NCBI GenBank assembly: GCA_964624585.1
Contig: CAZUXE010000005.1
Span: forward strand, 30,178 to 82,432
DNA from: an uncultured bacterium
Lineage (GTDB): Bacteria > Hydrothermota > Tepidihabitantia > B3-TA06
DNA length: 52,255 nt
Reading direction: 5' to 3'
This document shows, piece after piece, positions 37,778-47,085 of this stretch (within the stretch, counting starts at the first letter, position 1; the number at the start of each line of letters is the position of its first letter). The translations under genes were made by a program, and so were the position numbers. The notes under the pieces were generated by a model. It did no database searches, was not told the origin of the DNA, and saw nothing but the letters and a program-made list of their open reading frames with translations.

Positions 37778-39406
37778 TTACTGAATTCGCATTCGACAAT
37801 ATGAAAGTACCTGTTCGACACGTTCTCTATACGAATCGTCTGCAGATACCGACTTCATGTAGTACTCAAGAAAGGGAATCGCCTCTTTATAAAGCTTGTT
37901 GGCTTCAGTTGTCTTGTTATTCTTCTCAAGATCATCAGCTCTAGCGGCGTATCCAAATCCCAAAGCTAAATTAAGCATAAGGTCATCTTCTACAGAATAC
38001 TTTGCGAGAAAATTTTTGCCTTCTTCAACCAGTTTTGCCCATTTTTTTTGCGAGAAAAAAGCATACAGGCGCAAACGCTTAGCTTGTTTAATTATATCTT
38101 CACTTGCCTGTCCGCCTGAAGCTGTCGCAGCCCACTTTAGCGTTTTATCATAATTTTTTTCGTCATAATATCTCTGAGCCAAATCAACTTGAAAGGTGGG
38201 TAAATCGTGGGATGTGGGTAAATCAACGGCAAAATTCTTAAGGAGACATTCCAAACTATCCATACTAACCGGATTATCGTACATATCTTCGGAAACAAGA
38301 CGTGTATATGCCTGTTCAAGACCGGTATTCGCTACTGCTGAACCCCACCCTTCACGAATACTTCTCCAACTGCTAATAGCCTCACCTAAACGTCCTGCAT
38401 TAAAATAAGCCTGTGATAGGTTGGAACGTATTTCAAAAAGGCTACTGGAATCTTTGACTAAGGCAATAGACTTGTTAAACCACGATATTGCCGTACTGTA
38501 ATCGGCTGCCAAAAAACTCAGCCAACCTACCAGATAAGTAGCACTTCCCGCCTTAGGGTGATTGGGATAATCTTCGGCTACCCTACGAAAATATGATGCC
38601 GCGGTTTTAGGATCACCTAACCTATCGTAAGCAAGACCCTTAAAATAAAGATTATTAGGAACTAACGATTTTGACAAAGGACTCCAAATACCCTCTACCA
38701 TAATGTTCCTATAACCTGTTTCGTCAAGAAATAATTGAATAGCGTCTTGATATCGCCCATCATTAAAATCATTAATTGCCCTTCCGTAAAGCGCTACTAC
38801 CAAACCTTCAGGAGTGGGCGGACGAAGCCTTTCCTTAAATTCAACACGAGCTTCAGCATAACGTCCAAGATGCGTTAGACACCACGCTAAGCCCTGATGC
38901 GCCGATGAATAGATTTCGGATGAAGCGTAATTATTCATAAGTTGACGATAACGAGCCAAGGCCTCCTGATACTCTGCCTGATAATAGTAAGCTTCAGCAA
39001 TAGCAAAAAGGATATGGGGACGGTACACGGGATGCCCTTCGGGATATTTTTTCACATAGGCCTGCGCCTCGTTCAATAAAACTGCATAATTGCCTTTTTT
39101 ATATAAATCGACAATTATCGCGTTTTGGATTACATCCCGTTCTACTGAAAGATTTGGAGAATTAATTATATCGGCAAGTGCAGCCTGTTGTTCAGGGGTA
39201 AAACCACCGGTAGTATCGTATGGATTAACGTCAAGAAGTACGTGCGGCTTCTGTTCCCGTATAACTCCCTTATACTCCTCTGTAATGGTTATCCGCGTTT
39301 CCCCCGCCAAAACCGAGGGAAACGCGGCAATCAAAAAGATTATAAATGCTATCCCGAAAGACAGCACAGACCCTAAAGAAAGAGCTATCCTATCTCTTTC
39401 TTGCAT
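37778..39406 (-). CDS. Secreted tetratricopeptide-repeat protein, 542 aa (BamD/YbgF-like repeats)
   Basis: Signal peptide ending VLA; AEAYYYQAEYQEALARY, LYFKGLAYDRLGD...YFRRVAEDYP. Confidence 0.82.
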   Translation of the reverse strand: MQERDRIALSLGSVLSFGIAFIIFLIAAFPSVLAGETRITITEEYKGVIREQKPHVLLDVNPYDTTGGFTPEQQAALADIINSPNLSVERDVIQNAIIVDLYKKGNYAVLLNEAQAYVKKYPEGHPVYRPHILFAIAEAYYYQAEYQEALARYRQLMNNYASSEIYSSAHQGLAWCLTHLGRYAEARVEFKERLRPPTPEGLVVALYGRAINDFNDGRYQDAIQLFLDETGYRNIMVEGIWSPLSKSLVPNNLYFKGLAYDRLGDPKTAASYFRRVAEDYPNHPKAGSATYLVGWLSFLAADYSTAISWFNKSIALVKDSSSLFEIRSNLSQAYFNAGRLGEAISSWRSIREGWGSAVANTGLEQAYTRLVSEDMYDNPVSMDSLECLLKNFAVDLPTSHDLPTFQVDLAQRYYDEKNYDKTLKWAATASGGQASEDIIKQAKRLRLYAFFSQKKWAKLVEEGKNFLAKYSVEDDLMLNLALGFGYAARADDLEKNNKTTEANKLYKEAIPFLEYYMKSVSADDSYRERVEQVLSYCRMRIQ

Positions 39407-42078
39407 CTACTAATAAACCTATCTATTAAGCTAGACTGAGCTTTATAGAAATCTGTATCCGCATATTGGCTCTTTATTTTCTCAAAACTGCCAAGCGCTT
39501 TGCGGAAATATCCTCTTCGTTCCTGAGGTGACAATGATTTATCTTCGCCTAATCCAAAGTAAGCTAAAGCAAGGAAGTAATTTACGTTAGGAGCAAGCTG
39601 AGGTCTGGCGTTATCACCTGTCTCATAATACCTTAACCATGAACTCATTTGAGTAACTACGTCCTTATACGCTTCCTGTTGATGATAAACTAGAGCTAAT
39701 TGATAGGTAATTTCAGGCAGTATATCGCGTATAGCATTAACATCCGGCCAATTCTTCAACTGAACCAAAACTTCCTTAGACTCAGTGTAGCTCTTCTGTT
39801 GATATAGGAGATAACCAAGGTTGTACATGAGGTCAGGCAGATATTGACTCTTATTATTCCATGAACGTATCTTTTCTATTTTGTCTTTCAAATCAGCAAT
39901 ATCAACAACACTAGTATCGCGTAAACCTTGAACATAATAAATCTGCTCAATCGGATCTGTGGTTCTAAGTTCGCTTACAATCAATTTAGCGTAATTTTCA
40001 GCGGTAGCCTCGTCGCCTGTCCCCTGATAATAATCAAGCAAGGCGGCCAATCCATACCCATAAGGATCCTTATATATTCTGGGATTCCGGGTCATCTTAG
40101 ATTTAACCTGCTCAACCGCTGCTTCTGCTGATGTAACATCTTGAGCGCGAATGTAAAACTCAATAATCTTCCGCCAGGCTTCACCTGCTTTAGGCCTAGA
40201 GGAATAGTCGTCGGCAATATGCTGATATGTAGCAAGAGCGTCACCGTAGGCACCAAGCTGTTCAAGACATTTTCCGCGCCAGAATAAGCTTTTGTCAATC
40301 AAACTGTCGGCTATTTCATTATAGCGAATTCGTTCATCCTCAGCATCACGCGATGTAGCAACAGACATAACCGATTTGTAGTCATCTTCTGAGAAGAACC
40401 AGGTTCCAGCATTAGTATAGTCACCTTTATAATAAAAAGACAAGGCCTTACCATAGGCGGCAAGAACCAAGGCGTCTTTCTTAAAGGTATTCTCAAATAT
40501 GTTGCTAAAATCAGCCAGAGCCTCGTCAAAACGTGAAGCTTCAAGTTTATACCAAGCCAGGGACACCTTTGCCAAAGTAGCAACATAGGCATAAGGATAT
40601 TTGTCTACAATATTTTGGTACTTCTCTTGAGCCTCTTCGCGTCTTTTCAAGTTAGCTGTCGTAACATCGCCTTTGGGTCTATAGGCTGAGTAATAGGTGG
40701 CGTCAGCTGCATTATAGAGAAGATAGGCTCTCCAGTCACCACCGTATTTCAAGGCAACCGAGTCACGCTTTCCAAACTGGGTCAAGTACATCTGAGGTTT
40801 TGCTAAAGCGGCGTTATAACTTTGCCTGTTATTCTGCCTGTTCAAGGAAAGCATTTCCATTGTGAGCGCACCTTCATAAATAAGAAGTTCCTCTTCTGTA
40901 GCAGAGGTAGGTGAAGGCAAATCGAGTGTAACCCTTTGATAGAAATTGAGCGCTTCACGGTAATTGTTTTCATCAAACTGAATATTACCTTGAACGAAAT
41001 CAGAAAGATTTTCCATCATTCTCTGATCGCGACCGCTGAGGGCAATACCGCCTAAGCGTTTCGCTTCACGATTAGCCGTTGCCCACGATAAATCATCGCC
41101 TTTCTTCTTATATTCCATGCGAGCAATGTCGTAGAGCTTGTATGTAGTGTAGAAATCCACCATTGAGTTGGGCGCAACAATGCGGGCCTGCTCAAAAGAA
41201 AACATAGCACTGTCGGGAAGATCAAGTTTTCGGTAAGCTTCACCTCGCATAAAATAAGCATGTGCCGACAACACATAGCCACTCTTATTGGGATCTGTCA
41301 ATTTTCCAAGCTGGTCAATAGCGTAACGGTATTGACCTTCATGGTAATAGGTACAAGCAAGATAATACTCTGCGAAAGGACGCAAGGTTGTTTGAGGATA
41401 CTGCAGTAGAAAATCGTGGAATACATTCTTAGATGTGGCATAATCTTGATTAAAAAACTGCATTTCCGCGCGGGAAAAATCCACCAGTTCTTCAAGATTA
41501 ACATCTTCTGAAAGTTCAGTCAGTAGAGAAAGAATATCGCTAAAAAAGGCGGGGTCTTTCGAATTTATTAAACTACGAGCAAGGAAGAGCTTATCTACCG
41601 GATATTCCTTTTCTTGAAGATGATCAAACGCTTTTTTATAGTCGGCGCGAATTAAGTAATCGGCTATTCCTTGTCCGCCTAAGCTTTGGGCTTCATCAAG
41701 CAAACGCCCAGCACGTTGATTGTCACCTATTTGAAAGTAACAAAGGCCTAGCGAAAACTTAACCTGAGGTTCCAGGTAGAGATAACGTGAATCTGAAGGT
41801 ATATCTTTATTTAATACCTCTTCAAGAAGAGAAATAGAGGTCTCAAAACGTCCAAGATTAAAAGCGCATTGTGCGGTACGATACTTAATTTCGGCGGCAA
41901 ACCCGCGGGATGCGGATTGCCTGACCATCTTACTGTAGATATTGTAAGCCTGTTTGTAATTCTTCTGGCTTAATAAACGCTCCGCCTGCTCAAAATCAGC
42001 CGTGAACTTGTCACTACCTTGAGCAAAGCTAGCCCCGGCAATGACTAATATTGCAGCTAGGGCAAATATTTTCTTCAT
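39385..42078 (-). CDS. Secreted tetratricopeptide-repeat protein, 897 aa
   Basis: Signal peptide MKKIFALAAILVIAGASFA; many TPR units (SLFWRGKCLEQLGAYGDALATYQHI). Confidence 0.85.
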   Translation of the reverse strand: MKKIFALAAILVIAGASFAQGSDKFTADFEQAERLLSQKNYKQAYNIYSKMVRQSASRGFAAEIKYRTAQCAFNLGRFETSISLLEEVLNKDIPSDSRYLYLEPQVKFSLGLCYFQIGDNQRAGRLLDEAQSLGGQGIADYLIRADYKKAFDHLQEKEYPVDKLFLARSLINSKDPAFFSDILSLLTELSEDVNLEELVDFSRAEMQFFNQDYATSKNVFHDFLLQYPQTTLRPFAEYYLACTYYHEGQYRYAIDQLGKLTDPNKSGYVLSAHAYFMRGEAYRKLDLPDSAMFSFEQARIVAPNSMVDFYTTYKLYDIARMEYKKKGDDLSWATANREAKRLGGIALSGRDQRMMENLSDFVQGNIQFDENNYREALNFYQRVTLDLPSPTSATEEELLIYEGALTMEMLSLNRQNNRQSYNAALAKPQMYLTQFGKRDSVALKYGGDWRAYLLYNAADATYYSAYRPKGDVTTANLKRREEAQEKYQNIVDKYPYAYVATLAKVSLAWYKLEASRFDEALADFSNIFENTFKKDALVLAAYGKALSFYYKGDYTNAGTWFFSEDDYKSVMSVATSRDAEDERIRYNEIADSLIDKSLFWRGKCLEQLGAYGDALATYQHIADDYSSRPKAGEAWRKIIEFYIRAQDVTSAEAAVEQVKSKMTRNPRIYKDPYGYGLAALLDYYQGTGDEATAENYAKLIVSELRTTDPIEQIYYVQGLRDTSVVDIADLKDKIEKIRSWNNKSQYLPDLMYNLGYLLYQQKSYTESKEVLVQLKNWPDVNAIRDILPEITYQLALVYHQQEAYKDVVTQMSSWLRYYETGDNARPQLAPNVNYFLALAYFGLGEDKSLSPQERRGYFRKALGSFEKIKSQYADTDFYKAQSSLIDRFISRCKKEIG

Positions 42079-42081
42079 AGA

Positions 42082-43419
42082 CTATCTCCTAATGCCTTTC
42101 CACTCAACTTTCACCAGCATTCCGTCGTAGGTAATTTGATCACCTAGATTGTCAATGAGAGATACGTCATAGTAATAAGTTCCGTCATCAACCTGACCGC
42201 CGCGAATATTGTTCACGCCATTCCAGGTAAATTTGGCAGGTAATTCGTCGATTTCACCGTACACGTCACGAGATTGACGATACACTACGTTGCCACCGGC
42301 ATCCTTTATTTCAAAAACCCAACGCTTAGTGCGCCCCTTAAACTGGGATGCGCCATGCACTGTGATTTCTGCATAATCGGCAGGAGAATTGAGCGCCGCA
42401 GGACGGGACTCAAGCCAAATACCGGCAACGTTTCTTAAGTCAAGGTTGAGTGATAGTTTATGAACCGGCTGGAGCATAAACTCGCTTCCGTAATGCAACA
42501 TAATGGCATAATCAATCTCAAGCCCAAAATTGCGAGCAAGCTCGGTGCTGATTCCCAGCCCACCTGTAAAATAATTGTGATTGACACCAAAACGAAGACC
42601 TAATAGTTTTGCCGGATAAAGCTCCAGACCGGCATACCATCCAAGGACTTTATCTTCATTAAGGGTATAGGAAACATCACCTGCAATGTTCAACCTGTTA
42701 TCCAGAAAACGTCCGGCAAGACCGGCACGCAAGATACGGGGATTCGCAGGTTCCATGTTACTGTCGGAATACTTCATGGTGGTACCAAGAAGATTCTTAG
42801 CGGCTACACCAATGGTTATCATATCATAAGGAAGAGAAGCCTTGGTACCTTCATAAGAATGGCTCTTGGAAAGGAATAAGCCGAGAGGATAGAACATAAA
42901 ACCCAAATCGGCATCAAAACCAATGGCCTGCTCATCACTAAGTTGACTGAACATCAGCTTGGGAGCTACACCAAATCCAAATGCCCCGAACTTCTTCGCG
43001 TAACTGATAAGTACGCTTGAGTTACTCATGGATTCCTTTAATTCTATGGGATTACCGCTAGCGTCAATCCCCTCTTCCAATCCACCAAACGCTCCTACAT
43101 ATGAGAACCCGAAAGTTCCATAGGTAGCCCAAGGCATATTGAAAGTTAAAACGCTTTGAAAGGTTTTTCCATATAGAGAACCACCGAACAAACTTAGTTT
43201 AGCCGAGTGAATTTGACCAAGTCCGGCAGGGTTATAAAGAACCGCTTCACCCTGATTGGCCAAAGCTGCATTAGCCTGTCCCATTCCAAGAGAACGAGCG
43301 CTACCACCAGCCTCAAACAACATGGCGCCTTGGCCGCCTATCCCTTTCTCTACCGGCTGAGCGAGAATAACGCTTACAGCCAGCAACAAAGTAACAAATA
43401 AATATTTCGCTTTCATCAT
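42082..43419 (-). CDS. PorV/PorQ-family beta-barrel fused to a C-terminal FlgD-Ig-like domain
   Basis: GGSARSLGMG...AVLYNPAGLG, FDADLG, PRILRAGLA, LRFGVN; then WVFEIKDAGGNVV...FTWNGVN...DGTYYY. Confidence 0.82.
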   Translation of the reverse strand: MMKAKYLFVTLLLAVSVILAQPVEKGIGGQGAMLFEAGGSARSLGMGQANAALANQGEAVLYNPAGLGQIHSAKLSLFGGSLYGKTFQSVLTFNMPWATYGTFGFSYVGAFGGLEEGIDASGNPIELKESMSNSSVLISYAKKFGAFGFGVAPKLMFSQLSDEQAIGFDADLGFMFYPLGLFLSKSHSYEGTKASLPYDMITIGVAAKNLLGTTMKYSDSNMEPANPRILRAGLAGRFLDNRLNIAGDVSYTLNEDKVLGWYAGLELYPAKLLGLRFGVNHNYFTGGLGISTELARNFGLEIDYAIMLHYGSEFMLQPVHKLSLNLDLRNVAGIWLESRPAALNSPADYAEITVHGASQFKGRTKRWVFEIKDAGGNVVYRQSRDVYGEIDELPAKFTWNGVNNIRGGQVDDGTYYYDVSLIDNLGDQITYDGMLVKVEWKGIRR

Positions 43420-43430
43420 AGCCTCCTGAC

Positions 43431-45095
43431 CTACCAAATCACCATGAAGTTTTTCTTAAGCGGGGTAGGAGAGCTACCGTCGCCCAAGGTAAGCTTTAGA
43501 ACTGCCTGATACATTCCGCTAGCCACTCTGGTTCCGTTACTGTTGGTCTTGTTCCATTGAATAGTTTGCTGACCTGAACGAACCTCTTGACCGGAATCAT
43601 AGGTAGCTTTATAAACCAGGTTTCCGTAAACATCAGCTATAAGCAACACCACTTCAATAGCATCCCTGCCACCCTTTTCTTCAACCTTGTAGGTAAAGTT
43701 CATCGGAACATTACCGTGAGTTGAATACTTATAGGGATTAGGGGCAATTAAAAGCTGAGTAAGCTCCTTTACGGTAAACGTAAGTGTTGTATCTTTAACC
43801 TTGGAAGGCACTTTCCTGTCGCCTGCATAAATCTTAAGGACGTAGGAAGCCTCTTCGGAAGACGTAAGGTCAACACGAGCGGTACCGTCATCTATGGTGG
43901 TTACGCGAAGACTATCGTGTGATGTTGTGTCTTTGATAGGATCTTTCATAACCAAACTGGCAGCCTTGCCGCTCTTCAACACTATATCAACAGGAGTATT
44001 AGGAGCTGTCGTGGTTGTATCGCTATAGACTGTAATAGTAAGCTTAGATGCCGCATTAACAGAACCGATTGAAGGCTCTATTTTATAACCAATTTTATAT
44101 ATGCCGCCGCTAACAGTAACTTTAGTTCCATACTCACTCTGCAGGGTTCCATCTATGGTTTTTGCATATATTTCCTTACCGTTAGGATAGGCCTGAGGGA
44201 ACTTCACAGATATCTTCGCTACCCCGTTCTTCATATCAACAGTATCGCTTAAAACATCTTCAGGACCGGCATTAATATATACTTTACCGTTATAGGTAGG
44301 AACTATATTCCAGGCATTGTCAACTGCGTATACGGTTACCTCGTAACCCACACCAACAGCTGCGCTAACAGGATCACCTGTTTTTCCACCTTTGGCGGTT
44401 GCAGTCAAAGTATCGCCAGGTTCATGCGTCTGACCACTACAGACAACCAAAAGTTGACTTGCTGCACCAACCTTTACAGTAACTTCGGCAGTATCATTTA
44501 CGTAAGAACCGCCTGACATTACCACCTTGTGGTTATAAGAACCAGATGAGCCTTCAACGCGACGAAGTTCAACGGTATTACCTGAAATACGGGCAAATTT
44601 ATCGGTAGCAGTTACAGTATAACCAGAAGGATTACTGTTAGTAACATTATACCACTTGTCGCATTCATTCACAGTATAGGCTTCAGATGAACCCGCCGTT
44701 ACAGAGCCTGTCCCTGTTTTACCTTTTTGCGTGCCAGGAACTGCGGTCTGTCCCGGAGCAACAAGCTGCCATCTGTTAGGATCGCCTATTGCAACATCGA
44801 AAGACACTGAAGTGCCATTCTCCACACCTTTACTGGCATAGAGAACAAAACCGGTTCCAGGATGCGTAATCTCTATTTGGCCGTTAAAGCCATTATTAAC
44901 ATTAGTCGGATACACCCATGATTCTGTTCCGGTAGCTGTTTTTACAAAGAGATCTACATTATTAGAACTCTGTGCAGTAATTTGACACTTTACCGCAACA
45001 CCAACCTTTTGAGGTGGATTATCAGGGAAAGTAATGGTAATGGCTGCGCTAGCGGCCACTGCGAAAAGGAGTGTAAGAAGAAGGGTTTTCTTCAT
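43431..45095 (-). CDS. Secreted/surface beta-sandwich protein with a T9SS-like/FlgD C-terminal domain
   Basis: Signal peptide MKKTLLLTLLFAVAASA (SD AAGGAGG); Thr/Gly-rich Ig-like repeats; CTD LIAPNPY...IADVYGNLV...IQWN..NSNGTRVASGMY. Confidence 0.8.
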   Translation of the reverse strand: MKKTLLLTLLFAVAASAAITITFPDNPPQKVGVAVKCQITAQSSNNVDLFVKTATGTESWVYPTNVNNGFNGQIEITHPGTGFVLYASKGVENGTSVSFDVAIGDPNRWQLVAPGQTAVPGTQKGKTGTGSVTAGSSEAYTVNECDKWYNVTNSNPSGYTVTATDKFARISGNTVELRRVEGSSGSYNHKVVMSGGSYVNDTAEVTVKVGAASQLLVVCSGQTHEPGDTLTATAKGGKTGDPVSAAVGVGYEVTVYAVDNAWNIVPTYNGKVYINAGPEDVLSDTVDMKNGVAKISVKFPQAYPNGKEIYAKTIDGTLQSEYGTKVTVSGGIYKIGYKIEPSIGSVNAASKLTITVYSDTTTTAPNTPVDIVLKSGKAASLVMKDPIKDTTSHDSLRVTTIDDGTARVDLTSSEEASYVLKIYAGDRKVPSKVKDTTLTFTVKELTQLLIAPNPYKYSTHGNVPMNFTYKVEEKGGRDAIEVVLLIADVYGNLVYKATYDSGQEVRSGQQTIQWNKTNSNGTRVASGMYQAVLKLTLGDGSSPTPLKKNFMVIW

Positions 45096-45167
45096 TATTC
45101 CCTCCTTAAGGGCTAGATTTGTTTGACATTTTTTCATAACTCTTTATTTTTTTTGTTTCTTTCGGCA

Positions 45168-45240
45168 TGCCGAGGCGCAGAATTGAACTGCGGACACCGG
45201 ATTTTTCAGACCCGTGCTCTACCAACTGAGCTACCTCGGC
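45168..45240 (-). tRNA. tRNA-Phe (anticodon GAA)
   Basis: GCCGAGG...CGGGT-CTGAAAA-ATCCG...AGTTCAATTCT...CCTCGGC-A. Confidence 0.96.
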
Positions 45241-45252
45241 TTATAATTACAT

Positions 45253-45281
45253 AATATACTGATTTTTTAGGGGCTTGTCAA
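45253..45281 (-). promoter_or_regulatory. Promoter for tRNA-Phe (and possibly the downstream PorV/TPR operon)
   Basis: TTGACA-N17-TATATT; the -35 lies in the last codons of yggS. Confidence 0.65.
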
Positions 45282-46019
45282 GCCTTCAGCACTATTTCGA
45301 CGTCCCAACAACACCCTTCCCAACCGAATTATAGTTGCTCCCTCTTCCACAGCTATCTCAAAATCATCACTCATTCCCATAGAAAGATGTGGAAGATAGC
45401 AACCGAAAACGTTCTCGGCGCGATCACGTAACTCACGCAACAAACTAAACGCGGAGCGTATTCTGCCTGAATCCTCGCATAAAGGCCCAATCGTCATTAA
45501 ACCAACTAACTTAATATGTTCCATTTTTAATATATTGGACATAAGAGTCGCCAAATCATTAGGAGAAACCCCGAATTTAGATTCCTCACCTGAACAATTC
45601 ACCTCTATTAGACAAGGGGTCAGCCTATCACGGATAACGCTTTCCTTCTCAATTTCTTCTGCCAAACGAAGCGAATCAACGCTATGAATCATTGAAAATA
45701 TTGAAACCGCCTTTTTAACCTTATTGCGCTGAAGATGACCAACCATATGCCATTGCAAATTGTCTTGATTAGGTGGATTGGAGGAAATTCCCTTTTCTGT
45801 ATTGGAATAATCGGAGATTATTTGGCTATATTTTTGTTCCGCTTCCTGAACACGGTTCTCGCCGATATCATTGATGCCAGCTTCTATGACCTCACGAACT
45901 ACATCTACAGGATGAGTTTTGGTAACGGCTACAATTTTTACTTCCGAAGGATGGCGATTGGCTTTTTGACAAGCGGCGGCAATACGTTCTTTAACTTGCT
46001 CAAGGCGTTCCTTAACCAC
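45267..46019 (-). CDS. yggS: YggS-family pyridoxal phosphate homeostasis protein
   Basis: VAVTKT, IGENRVQE, WHMVGHLQRNK, HSVDS, GLMTI, LSMGMSDD, IRLGRVLLG. Confidence 0.95.
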   Translation of the reverse strand: MVKERLEQVKERIAAACQKANRHPSEVKIVAVTKTHPVDVVREVIEAGINDIGENRVQEAEQKYSQIISDYSNTEKGISSNPPNQDNLQWHMVGHLQRNKVKKAVSIFSMIHSVDSLRLAEEIEKESVIRDRLTPCLIEVNCSGEESKFGVSPNDLATLMSNILKMEHIKLVGLMTIGPLCEDSGRIRSAFSLLRELRDRAENVFGCYLPHLSMGMSDDFEIAVEEGATIIRLGRVLLGRRNSAEGLTSP

Positions 46020-47085
46020 CCCATTTCCTTTCACGTTTCTTCCAAAGTTCATTGAACTCTATGCCTAAATTAAGTTCTGCATGATATTCGGAAAGCTCTC
46101 CTCCGGTTCGATACCCACCGGTTAAGTTTAATAAAGCAACGCCGTATTGTTTAAGGGGTATACGAGTTCCAAACCCAAGGTAGATATCGGAAATCGCCTG
46201 ATTATCATTAGTTCTAACATACCACTGATGCCAACCGGCTTTTGCGTTTATTGAGAAGTTATCAAATTTATATCCGCCTCCCAACTCAACAATTCTGCCC
46301 GGTACAAATTCCAGCCGCCCCGCATTACCACCGGTTTGCTGAATATAGGATAGACCTAAGGAATAATCCCTAGCCCTATAGGTAAGTATTCCTCCAAACT
46401 CAGCAGGCGGTTGATAACTTGCCGAATCAAGGAGAGAAGTGTCACGCGATGTTTGCACTTCTGTATCAATATTTAGATCAAAGCTATGGTTGTAGAAACC
46501 TCTGAGCTGAAAAGTTCCTATATTGACGCCTGCCATAGCCCACGCGCCATTTCCGCGAAAATGATAAAGCAGCGAATCAACCGTTTTTTCTTTTAACTCA
46601 ATAATTTCTGAATCCCAACGTTCCCATGCTCCTCCAAAATATCTTTCGTAACCACCTCCAAGATAGATTATATTGAAAATGGTTTTATCCAAAGCAACTC
46701 GAAAACCTGCAACACCTCCTCTACCGGTTATTGCACGAATCAGGGTATAATCACCAGAGCTAGTTGAATCGCTTCGCACCGAAAAATCGAGGTTATATCG
46801 TTCACATATATTAAGCGACAAGCCAAATTTCCATGGCAGAGGAGTAAAAAAAGTTATTCTTTGCGGTCGAAACATTAACATATCACGCACTGCCGTATTA
46901 TTGGTTGCATAGTTATATTCAAGAACAAAACCCACATCCATTCGGGTTTTAGCGCGTGAGAATATTTTCTGAAACTCAGCCGGCGGGTAATACATCCCCA
47001 GCCCCCTTGTGTTAAACAGGGAGTAGGCAAAACCAACTTTTGCCAATAGGATGAATGATAAGATAGAGATAATGGAACGCTTCAT
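46012..47085 (-). CDS. Outer-membrane beta-barrel protein (OmpP1/FadL-like)
   Basis: Signal peptide, YSLFNTRGLG plug-like start, amphipathic strands, C-terminal LNLGIEFNELW. Confidence 0.6.
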   Translation of the reverse strand: MKRSIISILSFILLAKVGFAYSLFNTRGLGMYYPPAEFQKIFSRAKTRMDVGFVLEYNYATNNTAVRDMLMFRPQRITFFTPLPWKFGLSLNICERYNLDFSVRSDSTSSGDYTLIRAITGRGGVAGFRVALDKTIFNIIYLGGGYERYFGGAWERWDSEIIELKEKTVDSLLYHFRGNGAWAMAGVNIGTFQLRGFYNHSFDLNIDTEVQTSRDTSLLDSASYQPPAEFGGILTYRARDYSLGLSYIQQTGGNAGRLEFVPGRIVELGGGYKFDNFSINAKAGWHQWYVRTNDNQAISDIYLGFGTRIPLKQYGVALLNLTGGYRTGGELSEYHAELNLGIEFNELWKKRERKWGG

